Positions 29,615 through 38,884 of a stretch of DNA of 64,000 bases are shown piece after piece. The translations under genes were made by a program, and so were the position numbers. Numbering within the stretch: the stretch's first letter is position 1; every line of letters begins with the position of its first letter. The notes under the pieces are model-generated. The model saw only the letters and a program-made list of their open reading frames with translations, was not told the DNA's origin and ran no database searches. Source of the DNA: Alphaproteobacteria bacterium (GTDB lineage: Bacteria > Pseudomonadota > Alphaproteobacteria > RF32 > CAG-239); the NCBI GenBank assembly GCA_045603405.1, contig JAZUMA010000015.1, positions 54,933-118,932 of the forward strand. The letters are read 5' to 3'.

Positions 29615-30646
29615 TTATTTAAAAAAGGAAACAATTTTTTTTACCTTATAATAAATTTGCCGAAAATAATGTTTCCACCCTGGCAAATATCGAATAGGCA
29701 ACATTTTTTCAGTTATCAAGTTAAGTGCTTGTAATTTTTCCATTCTATCCGGCGCTTCTTTAATTTGTGCCACAGCATTTTCAACAATAGCCTTTCTTAA
29801 ATCATCAAGATTAGCAGGTTTCGGTTTCCAATTGATATACTTCATATCTCGCCAATCATAAATCGGAACAATACCTTGCAAAATATCATACCGCACATTT
29901 ACCACATTTTTTGCAATAAATATAACCGGAATTCCCATTGCAATACAAGGCATTGCCACATGAATACGCGAAGTAATAACCAGAGATGCTTGATTTTTAT
30001 ATATTTCCAAAATTTCTCTGGCTTTTTGTTCAAAAGCAAGCGCATCTTCATATGTAAGTTCTTTATCTTTATCCCATTTATAAACATGTGTAATAGAAAA
30101 GTCTGCTTTTTCAGCAATTTCTTTCGGCAGTTTTTCGAGAGCTCTTTTATAAAGATCAACCACAAATATTTTTCCGTTTTCAGGCTCTTTTGTTCTTTTA
30201 TCAAAAGTCAATGTCATACAGCCTGAAAAGTAAGCTTTAACCCCGTGAGCCAATAAAAAATCACGAGTATTTCTGTCTCTGCACCCAACCGGTTCAAAAG
30301 GCTTCATATCATCTTGTATTTTTTTCTGAATAAATATTTTTCTGCTGTTATTTGTTGTATTTAAATGAAACCCTAAAAAGAGAGGCGTAATATCAGCCGA
30401 CCATGGAAACGGAAAATGACCATAGGCCTCTGCAAAATAAGATTGCATAACCAGCTTTACTTTTTCTCCATGATAATTAGCTAAATCATCCCTGTTAACC
30501 AAAATCAACTCATCTTTGGAAATACCTGCCTTAGCGTATAAGTTTTCTACTGCAATATTTTGTACGCAATCTCCCAGATTTCCTTCTTTTTTCCATCCAT
30601 TCTCCGACTTATACATATACTGCACATACAATCGAGCAAACCGCAT
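29615..30646 (-). CDS. polysaccharide pyruvyl transferase family protein (CsaB/WcaK-like)
   Basis: 343 aa; N-terminal GNLGDCVQNIA resembles pyruvyl-transferase G.N.GD motif; by recollection only. Confidence 0.5.
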   Translation of the reverse strand: MRFARLYVQYMYKSENGWKKEGNLGDCVQNIAVENLYAKAGISKDELILVNRDDLANYHGEKVKLVMQSYFAEAYGHFPFPWSADITPLFLGFHLNTTNNSRKIFIQKKIQDDMKPFEPVGCRDRNTRDFLLAHGVKAYFSGCMTLTFDKRTKEPENGKIFVVDLYKRALEKLPKEIAEKADFSITHVYKWDKDKELTYEDALAFEQKAREILEIYKNQASLVITSRIHVAMPCIAMGIPVIFIAKNVVNVRYDILQGIVPIYDWRDMKYINWKPKPANLDDLRKAIVENAVAQIKEAPDRMEKLQALNLITEKMLPIRYLPGWKHYFRQIYYKVKKIVSFFK

Positions 30647-30757
30647 CTGACCTTCCCTTCATTTAAACATCACTTATTATATTTTTAATAAATGGAAAAG
30701 CATTTGCCAAATATTTATCTTCTCTCTCCACAAATATTTTATTTACCTGTTTCACAC

Positions 30758-30830
30758 AAAAAAAAGCAGGCTTTTATTTTAAGCCTGCTTTTTTTCGTAT
30801 TCGTTCCATTTGTTCTGATAGATACGCCAC
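30758..30830. repeat. terminator-hairpin direct repeat copy 1 (partner at 31781-31850)
   Basis: aaaaaaaagcaggcttttattttaagcctgctttttttcgtattcgttccatttgttct versus aaaaaaagcaggcttttattttaagcctacttttttgtattcatttcatttgttct; palindromic stem agcaggc/gcctgct followed by T-run (bidirectional terminator). Confidence 0.7.
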
Positions 30831-31013
30831 ACATCCTTGCGCGTGAGCAACATATTCCATATCTAGTGGCTTCTTTCTCTCTGCCACAGTTGCATAGCAC
30901 AGTATGAGTAGCACAGATGCCAAATACTCCTCCAATTCAGTGCAACAAGTCATCTTATCCTCTAGCTCATCAATAAGCTCTTCAAGACCTGTGGCTTCTT
31001 TTTGATGATACAT
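30774..31013 (-). CDS. small hypothetical ORF overlapping 3' end of upstream ORF (possible frameshifted continuation)
   Basis: 79 aa; overlaps 30962-31741 by 52 nt in another frame; C-terminus encoded by terminator hairpin. Confidence 0.25.
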   Translation of the reverse strand: MYHQKEATGLEELIDELEDKMTCCTELEEYLASVLLILCYATVAERKKPLDMEYVAHAQGCVAYLSEQMERIRKKAGLK

Positions 31014-31741
31014 GAATTGATATTTCCCATAACACTACAAATCTCATTCCGCTCTTCGTCAGAAAGGTATAACATGCATGAGAACATAATTACACTGTTA
31101 ACAAGATTCTTCGCTACTTCGATATCAATGTCTTTAACAGACACCATCATAGCCAATTCACGTTTACATACCATCATTCCAAATGGCAGTGCAATCTCAA
31201 CAAGTTCACGCTTCTGCGCATCTGTTGTATGATACATGATGTCCATGTGCGAGAAGCATGCCATTTTCCCCAAAAGATTGATCGCCATCTTGCTGGAATA
31301 ATTCCTATACAGGTGAGACGTGACCTGTCTATAAACCTTCAGACGAAACGATACTTCGTCTTCCGGCTTACAAAATACCGGGTCTACCCACGAAAACTGC
31401 TCTATCCACGCCTGCAATCTTGATTGCTGTGCTGCAGACTCATCATTTTGAGAAAGCAATTCATAAACTTTCCTCATCTTAGCAATCAAATTTTTTATAA
31501 ACCAAGGCTGTTCATCATTGATAATGATGTTCTTCACCAAAAGTTCAAAAACTGTGAGGAGAAACTCAACCTCTTCTTTTTTAATTGTATTCATACCTAA
31601 AAATAACCGGCAAAACCTCCTTGAACCTGCACCGCCGAAAGCACAGAGGAAAATAATAATACTAGAAACTATAACGACTATACATTTTTTCAGAATTTTG
31701 TCAAGTTTAAATTTATCTAAGTTTCTCTCTTTAACAACCAA
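30962..31741 (-). CDS. hypothetical protein
   Basis: 259-aa ORF, N-terminal TM segment; no family recognised. Confidence 0.4.
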   Translation of the reverse strand: MVVKERNLDKFKLDKILKKCIVVIVSSIIIFLCAFGGAGSRRFCRLFLGMNTIKKEEVEFLLTVFELLVKNIIINDEQPWFIKNLIAKMRKVYELLSQNDESAAQQSRLQAWIEQFSWVDPVFCKPEDEVSFRLKVYRQVTSHLYRNYSSKMAINLLGKMACFSHMDIMYHTTDAQKRELVEIALPFGMMVCKRELAMMVSVKDIDIEVAKNLVNSVIMFSCMLYLSDEERNEICSVMGNINSCIIKKKPQVLKSLLMS

Positions 31742-31924
31742 AGGAATATCGTGCCTACTCGATATATCTGCTTATCCTACCAACAAAAAAAGCAGGCTTT
31801 TATTTTAAGCCTACTTTTTTGTATTCATTTCATTTGTTCTATCTCTTCATAGACCTGTGTTTTTTTTTCGGCGATATATAAAAAAATCATCTCTGAATAA
31901 GAAGATTTTTATACAATTAGCTGT

Positions 31925-32644
31925 CTAAAAAAGAAGTATATACAAGACAATAATGTAAAAGACTGCACAACCCACTGCTATTAATTCTTTATTTTGATCA
32001 ATATCAAAAGAATAAACCGTCATACATCCAAGGAAAATACTCGCCAAAACCAACCATAACATATCTTCTGTACGATAACGCTTTTTAGTGTATCCGAAAG
32101 CGTTCAAAACACTTTCATCTATTCCTTGTACTGAAGACACATATACATCCCCTCTTTTAGGTAACGTGCTATCCCCCTTGTTCATAGCTTCAAGTTCAAC
32201 ATATGTTATCAACTTTGGATCATGCTTAGAACGGTCATAGGCAATTTTTTCTTTAGGAAAATACCAAATATTTGGATTTTTAGCATAAATTTTATTATAC
32301 TCTTCTTGTAAAACATTAGTATAATAATTGCACCTTAACTTTTCCCCTCTCAAATTGTACCATGCTTTTAAACAATTATTTTTTCCAAACAAAACAACCG
32401 TACTATCTTCGTCATAACCGAAAAACATTTCCTCGTATTCACCAACCAAAATAAAATTTGGTGCGCCAGTTGAAGTGTAACAACGTTTTTGATCATACGC
32501 ACGATCATTCAATCTATAAATAGTTCCTTTCTCTGAACCATTTGAGTAGCTGTATACACAAATAAACTCAAGATTGTCTCTATACTTATACTCACATGAC
32601 TGCAAAATACAAGCAACTAAAAAGAAAAATAAATATTTTTTCAT
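31925..32644 (-). CDS. hypothetical lipoprotein with C-terminal TM segment
   Basis: 239 aa; MKKYLFFFLVACILQSC lipobox; Tyr/Asn-rich. Confidence 0.45.
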   Translation of the reverse strand: MKKYLFFFLVACILQSCEYKYRDNLEFICVYSYSNGSEKGTIYRLNDRAYDQKRCYTSTGAPNFILVGEYEEMFFGYDEDSTVVLFGKNNCLKAWYNLRGEKLRCNYYTNVLQEEYNKIYAKNPNIWYFPKEKIAYDRSKHDPKLITYVELEAMNKGDSTLPKRGDVYVSSVQGIDESVLNAFGYTKKRYRTEDMLWLVLASIFLGCMTVYSFDIDQNKELIAVGCAVFYIIVLYILLF

Positions 32645-32854
32645 ACTTTTTTTGCACGGACTTTTACCGTTACTGTTTTTAATAATTTAACATAATATCA
32701 TTTTATACGCTTAATCTATCTTTTATTAGATAAAAGTCAAGTTTTTTATTAATGCGCTTAGCCGTACAATTATCTGATAAAAGTCCATTTTCTAAAATCT
32801 CGAATTGCTATCTACACACAAAAAACCGCCCTTAAAGGACGGCTTTATTTGAAA

Positions 32855-32941
32855 TGGTGCGCTAGGCCGGAATCGAACCGGCACGGGATTGCTCCCAACA
32901 GATTTTAAGTCTGCAGCGTCTACCAGTTCCGCCACAAGCGC
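32855..32941 (-). tRNA. tRNA-Leu (UAA), class II with long variable arm, CCA encoded
   Basis: Reverse complement GCGCTTG TG GCGG AACTGGTAGA CGC T GCAGA CTTAAAA TCTGT TGGGAGCAATCCCGT GCCGG TTCGATT CCGGC CTAGCGC A CCA; anticodon loop CT-TAA-AA; one T-T mismatch in acceptor stem. Confidence 0.85.
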
Positions 32942-33073
32942 AAATCCATAACAGAAGACTTTATACAAACAAAAAAATATAATTGCAACATAAAACTTGT
33001 TTTTTTTTTAATTAAGGATAAAATTTTTTTGTTCAGACGATGCAGCGCACGCCTGAAAGCTTAAAAAACACGG

Positions 33074-33106
33074 CATATACGACAGAAACAGCGTTTCGGT
33101 ATATGC
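33074..33106. promoter_or_regulatory. two-tier stem-loop 20 nt upstream of pssA start (attenuator/terminator-like; T-runs on both strands)
   Basis: gcatatac-gacagaaacagcgtttcg-gtatatgc (8-bp outer stem, inner gaaac/gtttc stem); flanked by aaaaaaca 5' and tttattt 3'. Confidence 0.3.
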
Positions 33107-33128
33107 TTTATTTAAGAAAGGAAAACAT

Positions 33129-33938
33129 ATGAAAAAACAAACTGGGAAATTGCAATTTTCCGCCAATAAGTTTCCGGAAATGCCTTTCCGCAAACTTGTT
33201 CCGAACATTGTAACCATGCTAGCCCTTTGTTCGGGAATGACCTCAATTCGCTATGCTATCGGTGAAAACTGGAGCAAAGCTGTATTCTTTATCTTTTTAG
33301 CCGCTCTATTTGATGGCTTAGATGGTCGTGTTGCTCGCATGCTCAAAGCTTCATCAAAATTTGGCGCCGAACTCGATTCTTTAAGTGATTTTCTTTGCTT
33401 CGGTGTTGCTCCGGCAATTTTAATGTTCCAATGGTGTTTATTTGACCTTCCCAAAATCGGTTGGTTCTTCTGCTTGTTATATGCCATGGGCATGGCAATG
33501 CGTTTGGCTCGTTTTAATACCATGTTAGAAGATGATACCATTCCGCCATACTGGTCACATTATTTTACCGGCGTACCGGCACCTGCCGCCGCTGCTCTCG
33601 TTATGATGCCTATATTACTGGGCTTAGGTTTTCATCTCACGGGTGAACAACATTTTTTAAGAACACATTTATTCTGCAGCATTTGGATGTGCATTGTATT
33701 TTATCTTGAAACAAGCCAAATCCCGACCATATCGCTTAAAAAAGCCAAAGTAAAACCTTCAATGGTTATACCGTTACTGGTTATTGTCGCCATCATTGCT
33801 CACTTTTTATTTACGCAAATATGGCTTACTTTAGGTATTTTAACTGCATTATATGCACTAAGTATTCCTTATGGAATTTTACGCTTTTTAAGGGATAAAC
33901 GCTTATACTTAGAAGCACAAACCAAAACCAAAGACTAA
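33129..33938 (+). CDS. pssA: CDP-diacylglycerol--serine O-phosphatidyltransferase (CDP-alcohol phosphatidyltransferase family)
   Basis: 269 aa; DGLDGRVAR-x8-G-x3-D-x3-D (FDGLDGRVARMLKASSKFGAELDSLSD) CDP-alcohol transferase signature; multi-TM. Confidence 0.8.
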   Translation: MKKQTGKLQFSANKFPEMPFRKLVPNIVTMLALCSGMTSIRYAIGENWSKAVFFIFLAALFDGLDGRVARMLKASSKFGAELDSLSDFLCFGVAPAILMFQWCLFDLPKIGWFFCLLYAMGMAMRLARFNTMLEDDTIPPYWSHYFTGVPAPAAAALVMMPILLGLGFHLTGEQHFLRTHLFCSIWMCIVFYLETSQIPTISLKKAKVKPSMVIPLLVIVAIIAHFLFTQIWLTLGILTALYALSIPYGILRFLRDKRLYLEAQTKTKD

Positions 33939-33942
33939 AAAA

Positions 33943-33970
33943 AGAGGGGACTTCCCCTCTTTTCTTTTTT
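33943..33970 (+). terminator. rho-independent terminator of pssA
   Basis: agagggga-cttc-ccctct followed by tttctttttt. Confidence 0.6.
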
Positions 33971-33997
33971 AAACGACATTTATCCTTAACAAAGATA

Positions 33998-34576
33998 TTA
34001 TTTGCTTTTATTACCAAACACCATACCTTTCACATCTCTATATAAAGCTTCTGTGCGTTCCCTTCTTATCCTTTCCTTTGCTTCTTTTTGTCTTTCTTCT
34101 ATCTCTTGCTCTTCTCCTTCTTTCCTACGTTTAACTCTTCTCTCTTTTACTTCTTCTCTGGTCATACCTTTTTGCGCTAACTTGTAATCTTTTCTATGCT
34201 TAGGAGCTCTTAATATTTCATCTCCAACTATCTTGAGCAAATATCTTGTCAATTGCGCATTAAAAGCACTTCTATCTTCCTCAGGTTTTTCAGGACCTAC
34301 ACTTTTCATTTTTAAAGTACTAAGCATTAAACAATCTAAGGAATATGGATCTTTTGAAACTGTGCGTTGTGTAACTGTCTTAACAAAACTATCAGAAACA
34401 CCTTCTCTCCCCATGCTAACTTCAATTCTCATACTAAGAGAAGTTTTTTTAATATCCATCTCAAAAGTTATATCTCTATTTTTATCGTATATTTTATAAT
34501 GGCGACCATCTTTCCCCCTTATTACTCTTTCTATTGTATAATTTTTATCATCTCTGATTTCTTCCTCTTTACTCAT
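33998..34576 (-). CDS. hypothetical highly charged protein (KR/E-rich C-terminus), driven by repeat family A copy 2
   Basis: 192 aa MSKEEEIRDDKNYTIERVIRGKDGRHYKIYD...; RBS AAAGGAG; shares 5' region and first codons MSK with ankyrin gene. Confidence 0.5.
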   Translation of the reverse strand: MSKEEEIRDDKNYTIERVIRGKDGRHYKIYDKNRDITFEMDIKKTSLSMRIEVSMGREGVSDSFVKTVTQRTVSKDPYSLDCLMLSTLKMKSVGPEKPEEDRSAFNAQLTRYLLKIVGDEILRAPKHRKDYKLAQKGMTREEVKERRVKRRKEGEEQEIEERQKEAKERIRRERTEALYRDVKGMVFGNKSK

Positions 34577-34870
34577 CTTTTTTCTCCTTTAGTTTAGACA
34601 GCATAAAAAATCCCGCAAAGAACCCCATCTTTACGAAATTTCAGAACTACCGAATTGTTAATTAAATTTTGCTCGGCAACGCACTTACATGTATGTATGT
34701 ATGTATGTATGCATATATATATAAAGACTTAGTGCTTTGCAAAGTCACCGCCTTATTCATCTTAATATCTAACCGACATTCACACATAGCATAACCCTAG
34801 CCTTCATAATTATACTAGGATTATATCATAAAAAAAACGTTAACACAATAAAAAAATATCTCCACCATTT
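34565..34870. repeat. Repeat family A copy 2 (paralogous 5' region), containing (ATGT)5 + (AT)5 at 34689-34722
   Basis: Aligned by eye to 8640-8955 at ~85-90% identity outside the microsatellite. Confidence 0.75.
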
Positions 34871-34959
34871 TTCAAAGATACCGCTTAACTCAACAACCTG
34901 ATTAGTGCTATACAAACCCTATTTAAAACCGAAAAAACTTTCAATTTGAGAGTTTTTAA

Positions 34960-35160
34960 AAGGTGTACATAAAGGAGCAATTATGCAATCATGACTGTAC
35001 TAAACAATATTTAAACTAAAAAATCACTCTTTAAGGAGCGATTTTTGCCTAGAGCTTCTTAAAGCGCAGTGCTGGAAGCAAAATTGCGACTGCGGTGTAC
35101 AAAAAAGCGTACATAAAGGAGCAATTGTGCAATCATGACTGTGCTTTAAGAAGCTCCCCC
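34960..35160. repeat. palindromic/direct-repeat structured element immediately downstream of ychF stop
   Basis: Direct repeat gtacataaaggagcaatt.tgcaatcatgactgt.ct at 34964-35002 and 35107-35145; inverted repeat agagcttcttaaagc (35051-65) / gctttaagaagctc (35143-56); inner stem cgcagt...actgcg. Confidence 0.55.
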
Positions 35161-35164
35161 CCTA

Positions 35165-36277
35165 TTAAACATTGAAGAGGAAATTCATCAAATCCCCATC
35201 TTGAACCACATACTCCTTCCCTTCGGAGCGCATCTTTCCGGCCTCTTTACATCCTTGCTCACCGTCATATTTAATATAATCATCATAAGCTATTGTTTCT
35301 GCCCGAATAAACCCGCGTTCAAAATCAGAGTGAATAATTCCGGCACACTGTGGCGCTTTAGAACCTTTGAGGAATGTCCAAGCCCGCACTTCTTTCGGAC
35401 CTGCGGTAAAATATGTTTCTAAGCCTAATAGGTCATAACCGGCTTTAATAATTTTGGTCAATCCGGTCTCTTCTAAGCCGAGAGAAGAGAGAAATTCTTG
35501 TTTTTCCTCTTCACTATCCAGTTGTGCCACTTCAGATTCAATTTCTGCAGAAATAATCACCGCTTTAGCACCTTCTTTTTCAGCTTTTTCAAATACGCGC
35601 TTAGAAAAATCATTTCCGCTTGCCGCACTGTTCTCATCCACATTACAAACATAAAGCACCGGCTTTGAAGTTAAGAGTTGCATCATTTGATATTGTTTAT
35701 AGGCATCTTTATCTGCAACAGAAGGTGCAGCCGTCCGTGCCGGCTTTCCTGCTTTTAAGGCTTCAATAATCGGTTCCATAACCCTCGCCCGCACAGCTGC
35801 TTCTTTATCCCCGCCGGTTTGTGCCTTTTTCTTTGTTTGTTCAAAACGTTTTTCCAATGATTCCAAATCAGCAATCATCAACTCTGTTTCGACAATTTCT
35901 GCATCGCGTATCGGATCAACCGACCCCTCAACGTGTGTAATATTACTATCTTCGAAACAACGTAAAACATGGATAATAGCATCTGTTTCACGAATATTGG
36001 CTAAAAATTGGTTACCTAAACCTTCACCTTTAGAAGCGCCTTTAACCAAACCGGCAATATCAACAAATTCAAGTTGCGTCGGTACAATATTTTTCGGATG
36101 CACAATATCAGCCAAAGCTTGCAAACGTTTATCCGGCACAGCCACCCGACCGGTATTCGGTTCAATTGTACAAAAAGGAAAGTTTGCCGCCTGTGCTGCA
36201 ATTGTTTGTGTTAAAGCATTAAACAATGTTGATTTTCCAACGTTTGGCAACCCGACAATACCACAATTAAACCCCAT
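35165..36277 (-). CDS. ychF: ribosome-binding ATPase YchF (Obg-family GTPase)
   Basis: 370 aa; MGFNCGIVGLPNVGKSTLFNALT..., C-terminal TGS domain. Confidence 0.95.
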   Translation of the reverse strand: MGFNCGIVGLPNVGKSTLFNALTQTIAAQAANFPFCTIEPNTGRVAVPDKRLQALADIVHPKNIVPTQLEFVDIAGLVKGASKGEGLGNQFLANIRETDAIIHVLRCFEDSNITHVEGSVDPIRDAEIVETELMIADLESLEKRFEQTKKKAQTGGDKEAAVRARVMEPIIEALKAGKPARTAAPSVADKDAYKQYQMMQLLTSKPVLYVCNVDENSAASGNDFSKRVFEKAEKEGAKAVIISAEIESEVAQLDSEEEKQEFLSSLGLEETGLTKIIKAGYDLLGLETYFTAGPKEVRAWTFLKGSKAPQCAGIIHSDFERGFIRAETIAYDDYIKYDGEQGCKEAGKMRSEGKEYVVQDGDLMNFLFNV

Positions 36278-36337
36278 TTTACACTCCTATAATTTTCATA
36301 TATGAAGCGGTTATAAGCGATATTTTTGTTAATTGCA

Positions 36338-36372
36338 ATAAAAAAAGCAGTGAGATTTTTTGTCTCACTGCT
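36338..36372 (-). terminator. rho-independent terminator downstream of 36376-36921 gene (minus strand)
   Basis: gcagtgaga-ttttttg-tctcactgc with aaaaaaa on plus side (T-run on minus strand). Confidence 0.55.
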
Positions 36373-36375
36373 TTT

Positions 36376-36921
36376 CTACACATCAAAAGTAGCACTATGC
36401 CTTCCAGAGTTTTGTTCAAGCAGCTCCGGCCACTGTCTTTCCATTCGCCTCATAGCTCGGTTACTCCAGTTGTAACCTAAATCAATAAATGCTTGCTGAA
36501 GTTTCCCTTTTCCAAGAAAATTCAGAATATCTAATTCTACTTCTTCAGGTATCGTACCTTTGTGAAGTTTTACAAGCATCAGAGCAAAAAGATTTACCAA
36601 ATCTTTAGTTTCTTCAACCTTTTCCAGAGCCCTTGGTAAGTAAAGCATTTTAGGCAGAGTTAAGAGAAGTTCTAGATTTTTATCAACCAAAAAATCTATA
36701 TATGACTCTTGGGGACCAAAGCTATTCACATTTCTTTGCTCGTATTCCACCTTATCTTTTTTAATACCTCTCTTCAAAAGCTGAATAAGCTTGTCTTCCT
36801 GTTCATCATTTTTTTGGGCCATTTCGGCTCTGATTCGACCCGGAAAGAATCCCCTGTTGGTATCCAAATACCATCTTACACCTGCTTCGGCCAAATCTTC
36901 TAATGTAAATTCCATAATCAA
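36376..36921 (-). CDS. hypothetical protein
   Basis: 181-aa ORF, no family recognised. Confidence 0.45.
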   Translation of the reverse strand: MIMEFTLEDLAEAGVRWYLDTNRGFFPGRIRAEMAQKNDEQEDKLIQLLKRGIKKDKVEYEQRNVNSFGPQESYIDFLVDKNLELLLTLPKMLYLPRALEKVEETKDLVNLFALMLVKLHKGTIPEEVELDILNFLGKGKLQQAFIDLGYNWSNRAMRRMERQWPELLEQNSGRHSATFDV

Positions 36922-36957
36922 AATTAATAGTTAATAAAATAATTAAATAAAAACTTC

Positions 36958-37530
36958 TCATTTGGCATTATGCATGCCGACCACGTTAGAATAATGTGCA
37001 ATACCTTTTTTTATTAGTTCATTAATCGTTTCTGCCACAAAATTCAAACGTTCATCTAAAACTTCCATTTCCGCTTTAGAAAAGCGCGATAAAACAAAAT
37101 TTATTGTATCTGTATTATGTTCTTTGGGATTTCCTGCCCCGATACGGATACGATTATATTCTGTGCCTATATGCGCATCTATATTTTTTAATCCGTTATG
37201 TCCGCCGGCAGAACCGCCTATTTTTGCTTTTATTTTCCCCAAAGCTAAATCTTTATCATCATGAATAACAATTATATTTTCCGGTTTAATTTTATAAAAC
37301 TGTGCCACTTTCCCGACCGAGTTACCGGATAGATTCATAAAAGTTTGCGGTTTTAATAATAAAACTTTTTCTCCGTCAATCTCTCCTTCTGCAAGCAAAC
37401 CTTCAAATTTACTTTTATAAGGAGAGAATTCATAGCGGCTGTGGATTTCATCAGCCGCCATAAACCCTATATTGTGGCGTGTTTTAGCATACTCCTCACC
37501 AGGATTACCAAGACCAACCACTAAAAACAT
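36958..37530 (-). CDS. pth: peptidyl-tRNA hydrolase
   Basis: 190 aa; MFLVVGLGNPGEEYAKTRHNIGFMAADEI canonical Pth N-terminus. Confidence 0.92.
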   Translation of the reverse strand: MFLVVGLGNPGEEYAKTRHNIGFMAADEIHSRYEFSPYKSKFEGLLAEGEIDGEKVLLLKPQTFMNLSGNSVGKVAQFYKIKPENIIVIHDDKDLALGKIKAKIGGSAGGHNGLKNIDAHIGTEYNRIRIGAGNPKEHNTDTINFVLSRFSKAEMEVLDERLNFVAETINELIKKGIAHYSNVVGMHNAK

Positions 37531-37544
37531 CGTTTTAACCTTTA

Positions 37545-37835
37545 TTACTTACGCATAAAGTCAACGTGAATCGGCATATCAGAAACCGGATGGAACTGCA
37601 CATCTTTGCAAATAACTTTTTCGTTCTTTTTACCGAGTGCAATAACAATCGTTGATTTGTAGAAATCAGCCAAATCCAAAGCTTTTTCAAGCTCTACCGG
37701 GTGTAAACTGATATTAACGGCATCTTTTTTACCGCCATAAATAACAGCAGGAATGCGACCTTCTCTACGACATGCACGAGCTGCCCCCTTACCTGCTTTT
37801 TCACGCAAAACAGCATTAAATGTAATTTCAGACAT
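37545..37835 (-). CDS. rplY: 50S ribosomal protein L25 (short form)
   Basis: 96 aa; REKAGKGAARACRREGRIPAVIYGG; conserved pth-adjacent position. Confidence 0.85.
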   Translation of the reverse strand: MSEITFNAVLREKAGKGAARACRREGRIPAVIYGGKKDAVNISLHPVELEKALDLADFYKSTIVIALGKKNEKVICKDVQFHPVSDMPIHVDFMRK

Positions 37836-38046
37836 TTTTATAATCCTTTTTATAATTAATTAAGTTTAATATTACAAAAAAACCGAACAACCTCCAGGGG
37901 TGTTATTCGATTATTTCCAAACGTACCCCAAAAATTTATATTTGTCAACCCCAAATATTAGAGGACGCCATTTAAAAGCATTACAAATATGGCGGAAAAT
38001 GGCAAGAAGTCACCATTTTGCCATTACCGCCTCTATTTCTTTTTTA

Positions 38047-38610
38047 TCAATCACGTTCTGTATCTGGAAGCTTCTTTTCTGCTGCGCGCTTCTTATTTGC
38101 CGAGTTCTTTCTCACCTCAGCTTTATGCTTTTCAATCTTCGCTACAGTACTTTCTTCAACCTCGTCGCCTTTACGTTTAGATAATTTTCTTCTTGCAGTT
38201 TCAACCAAAAGCCTCGAAGAAAACGTTGTTCGTGCCGCTTCCGGCTTAGCCAACATTTTTTCAAAAATACCTTGTTCACGCATTTGGCGATATAAGGATT
38301 TAAAGTTTTCCGGCGTATTTTCAATGCCTTTTTCTTCCATACCCATACCAACCACGCGTTTACGATTAACCGGTGTATTCGGAATATATTGTTTGAGAGC
38401 TTTTTCGCGCGGCATTTTTTCAGCACGAGCCAATTCTTCATAAAATTTTTCGTGCAACACTTTATTATCGCGCCACTCTTGCGGGGTTGTCTTGCCTTCT
38501 TCGACCATTTTATCAAAAATAGCACCGGCAAGCATCCGCCCTTTTAAGCTGTGCGTACCGACAAATTTTGCCAAGCGCTGCGGCATTGCCTGATTGATTT
38601 TCCTCGTCAT
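38047..38610 (-). CDS. hypothetical basic protein; track ORF extends to 38688 into RPE-like repeat C copy 2
   Basis: Trimmed to ATG 38608-38610 (MTRKINQAMPQRLAKF...); the longer ORF would add MMWKRGRCYPWREGGDPLIFAYGKKG, which is encoded by the repeat element. Confidence 0.45.
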   Translation of the reverse strand: MTRKINQAMPQRLAKFVGTHSLKGRMLAGAIFDKMVEEGKTTPQEWRDNKVLHEKFYEELARAEKMPREKALKQYIPNTPVNRKRVVGMGMEEKGIENTPENFKSLYRQMREQGIFEKMLAKPEAARTTFSSRLLVETARRKLSKRKGDEVEESTVAKIEKHKAEVRKNSANKKRAAEKKLPDTERD

Positions 38611-38627
38611 CCCTTTTTTGCCGTAGG

Positions 38628-38720
38628 CAAAAATCAAGGGATCTCCGCCCTCTCTCCAAGGGTAACATCTCCCCCTCTTCCACATCATTCTGTCCCTTCA
38701 CTCCAAGGGGGTGCTCTCTA
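38628..38720. repeat. Repeat family C copy 2 (RPE-like) abutting the 5' end of gene 38047-38610
   Basis: Core 38635-38670 identical to 8998-9033; CT-rich tail. Confidence 0.6.
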
Positions 38721-38721
38721 A

Positions 38722-38875
38722 AAAGCACAAAAGTGATGGGTGTCGAGCCTCCTCAACTAAAGGCAGAAAATTTTGAGCTAATAAAGATGGCTACGAGGGA
38801 AACCAAAATTTTAGTGTACATAGTAGTACATGAATTTTGGTTTACCCGAAGTAACCGCTTTAGAAGCCAAAATTT
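38722..38875. repeat. Repeat family B copy 3 (gtcgagcctcctc module + hairpin unit with different stem arms)
   Basis: gggaaaccaaaatttt-agtgtacatagtagtacatg-aattttggtttaccc: loop nearly identical to copy 2 loop, but stem arms differ and still pair (covariation). Confidence 0.7.
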
Positions 38876-38884
38876 ATCCCTTTA

